Below, one piece after another: positions 63,569 through 64,000 of a stretch of DNA of 64,000 nucleotides. Position 1 is the first letter of the stretch; each line of letters starts with the position of its first letter. The notes beneath the pieces were generated by a model that did not search any database, was not told the DNA's origin, and was given only the letters and a program-made list of their open reading frames with translations. Source of the stretch: Sphaerodactylus townsendi. Its lineage: Eukaryota. The stretch covers positions 54,188,001 through 54,252,000 of the forward strand of contig NC_059432.1 of the NCBI RefSeq assembly GCF_021028975.2, read 5' to 3'. The position numbers and the translations under genes were made by a program.

Positions 63569-63838
63569 CTACAAAAAAACCCAACATTTAAGAAACCTTT
63601 AGTCATCTGTCTAATTCTGATCAAGACAGCAGCAATGGGGATAGAGGGGTTTCTGTCTTTCTCCCCATACCACTTTCAGCAGCTGAAGCCGCACACATTG
63701 GGTGGCAGGAAGGAAGGAGTTGTTGTGGGGACTTGCAGTAACAATTGGACTTCAAGTCTCTGAGGCAAACATGTGAAAAGGGGAACATCTAGTCTGGTTT
63801 TCAGTCTTTTCCCTCAGTCACTGATCTTTATTCTATAC

Positions 63839-63986
63839 CAGGGGTAGGGAACCTGCTGCTCTCCAGATGTTCAGGAACTACAATTCCCATCAGCCCCTAC
63901 CAGCATGGCCAATTGGCCATGCTGACAGAGGCTGATGGGAATTGTAGTTCCTGAACATCTGGAGAGCCGCAGGTTCCCTACCCCTG
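63839..63986. mobile_element. URR1-like palindromic hAT MITE (148 bp)
   Basis: Almost identical to 5616-5763 in the opposite orientation. 8-bp TSD TTCTATAC at 63831-63838 and 63987-63994. Confidence 0.92.
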
Positions 63987-64000
63987 TTCTATACCAATCT

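Overview
Vertebrate (squamate, probably gecko) genomic DNA, judged from Squam-type tRNA SINEs, a 5S-derived SINE, and CR1, L2, Penelope, DIRS and hAT repeats. Two spliced genes lie on the minus strand in the known vertebrate order TDRD1 then VWA2. (1) The complete VWA2/AMACO coding sequence: 13 coding exons from ATG at 39135 to TGA at 10312, 2421 nt or 806 aa, all introns GT-AG with consistent phases. (2) The last 7 coding exons of the piRNA-pathway gene TDRD1 (63568 to TAG at 51610). Introns and the intergenic region are dense with transposable elements, many nested and many with readable target-site duplications (TSDs). The most notable observations are: a sense-strand Penelope element with an intact minimal hammerhead ribozyme inside a TDRD1 intron, with a scrambled inverted 5' end and an opposite-orientation partner across a frame-preserving exon; a non-BovB RTE-1-type LINE; a cluster of p53/p63 half-sites in a VWA2 intron; and an RGD-bearing tail plus an altered MIDAS pattern in VWA2. 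I cannot support a wholly new multi-gene system here. All comparisons with other species are from memory and need alignment.
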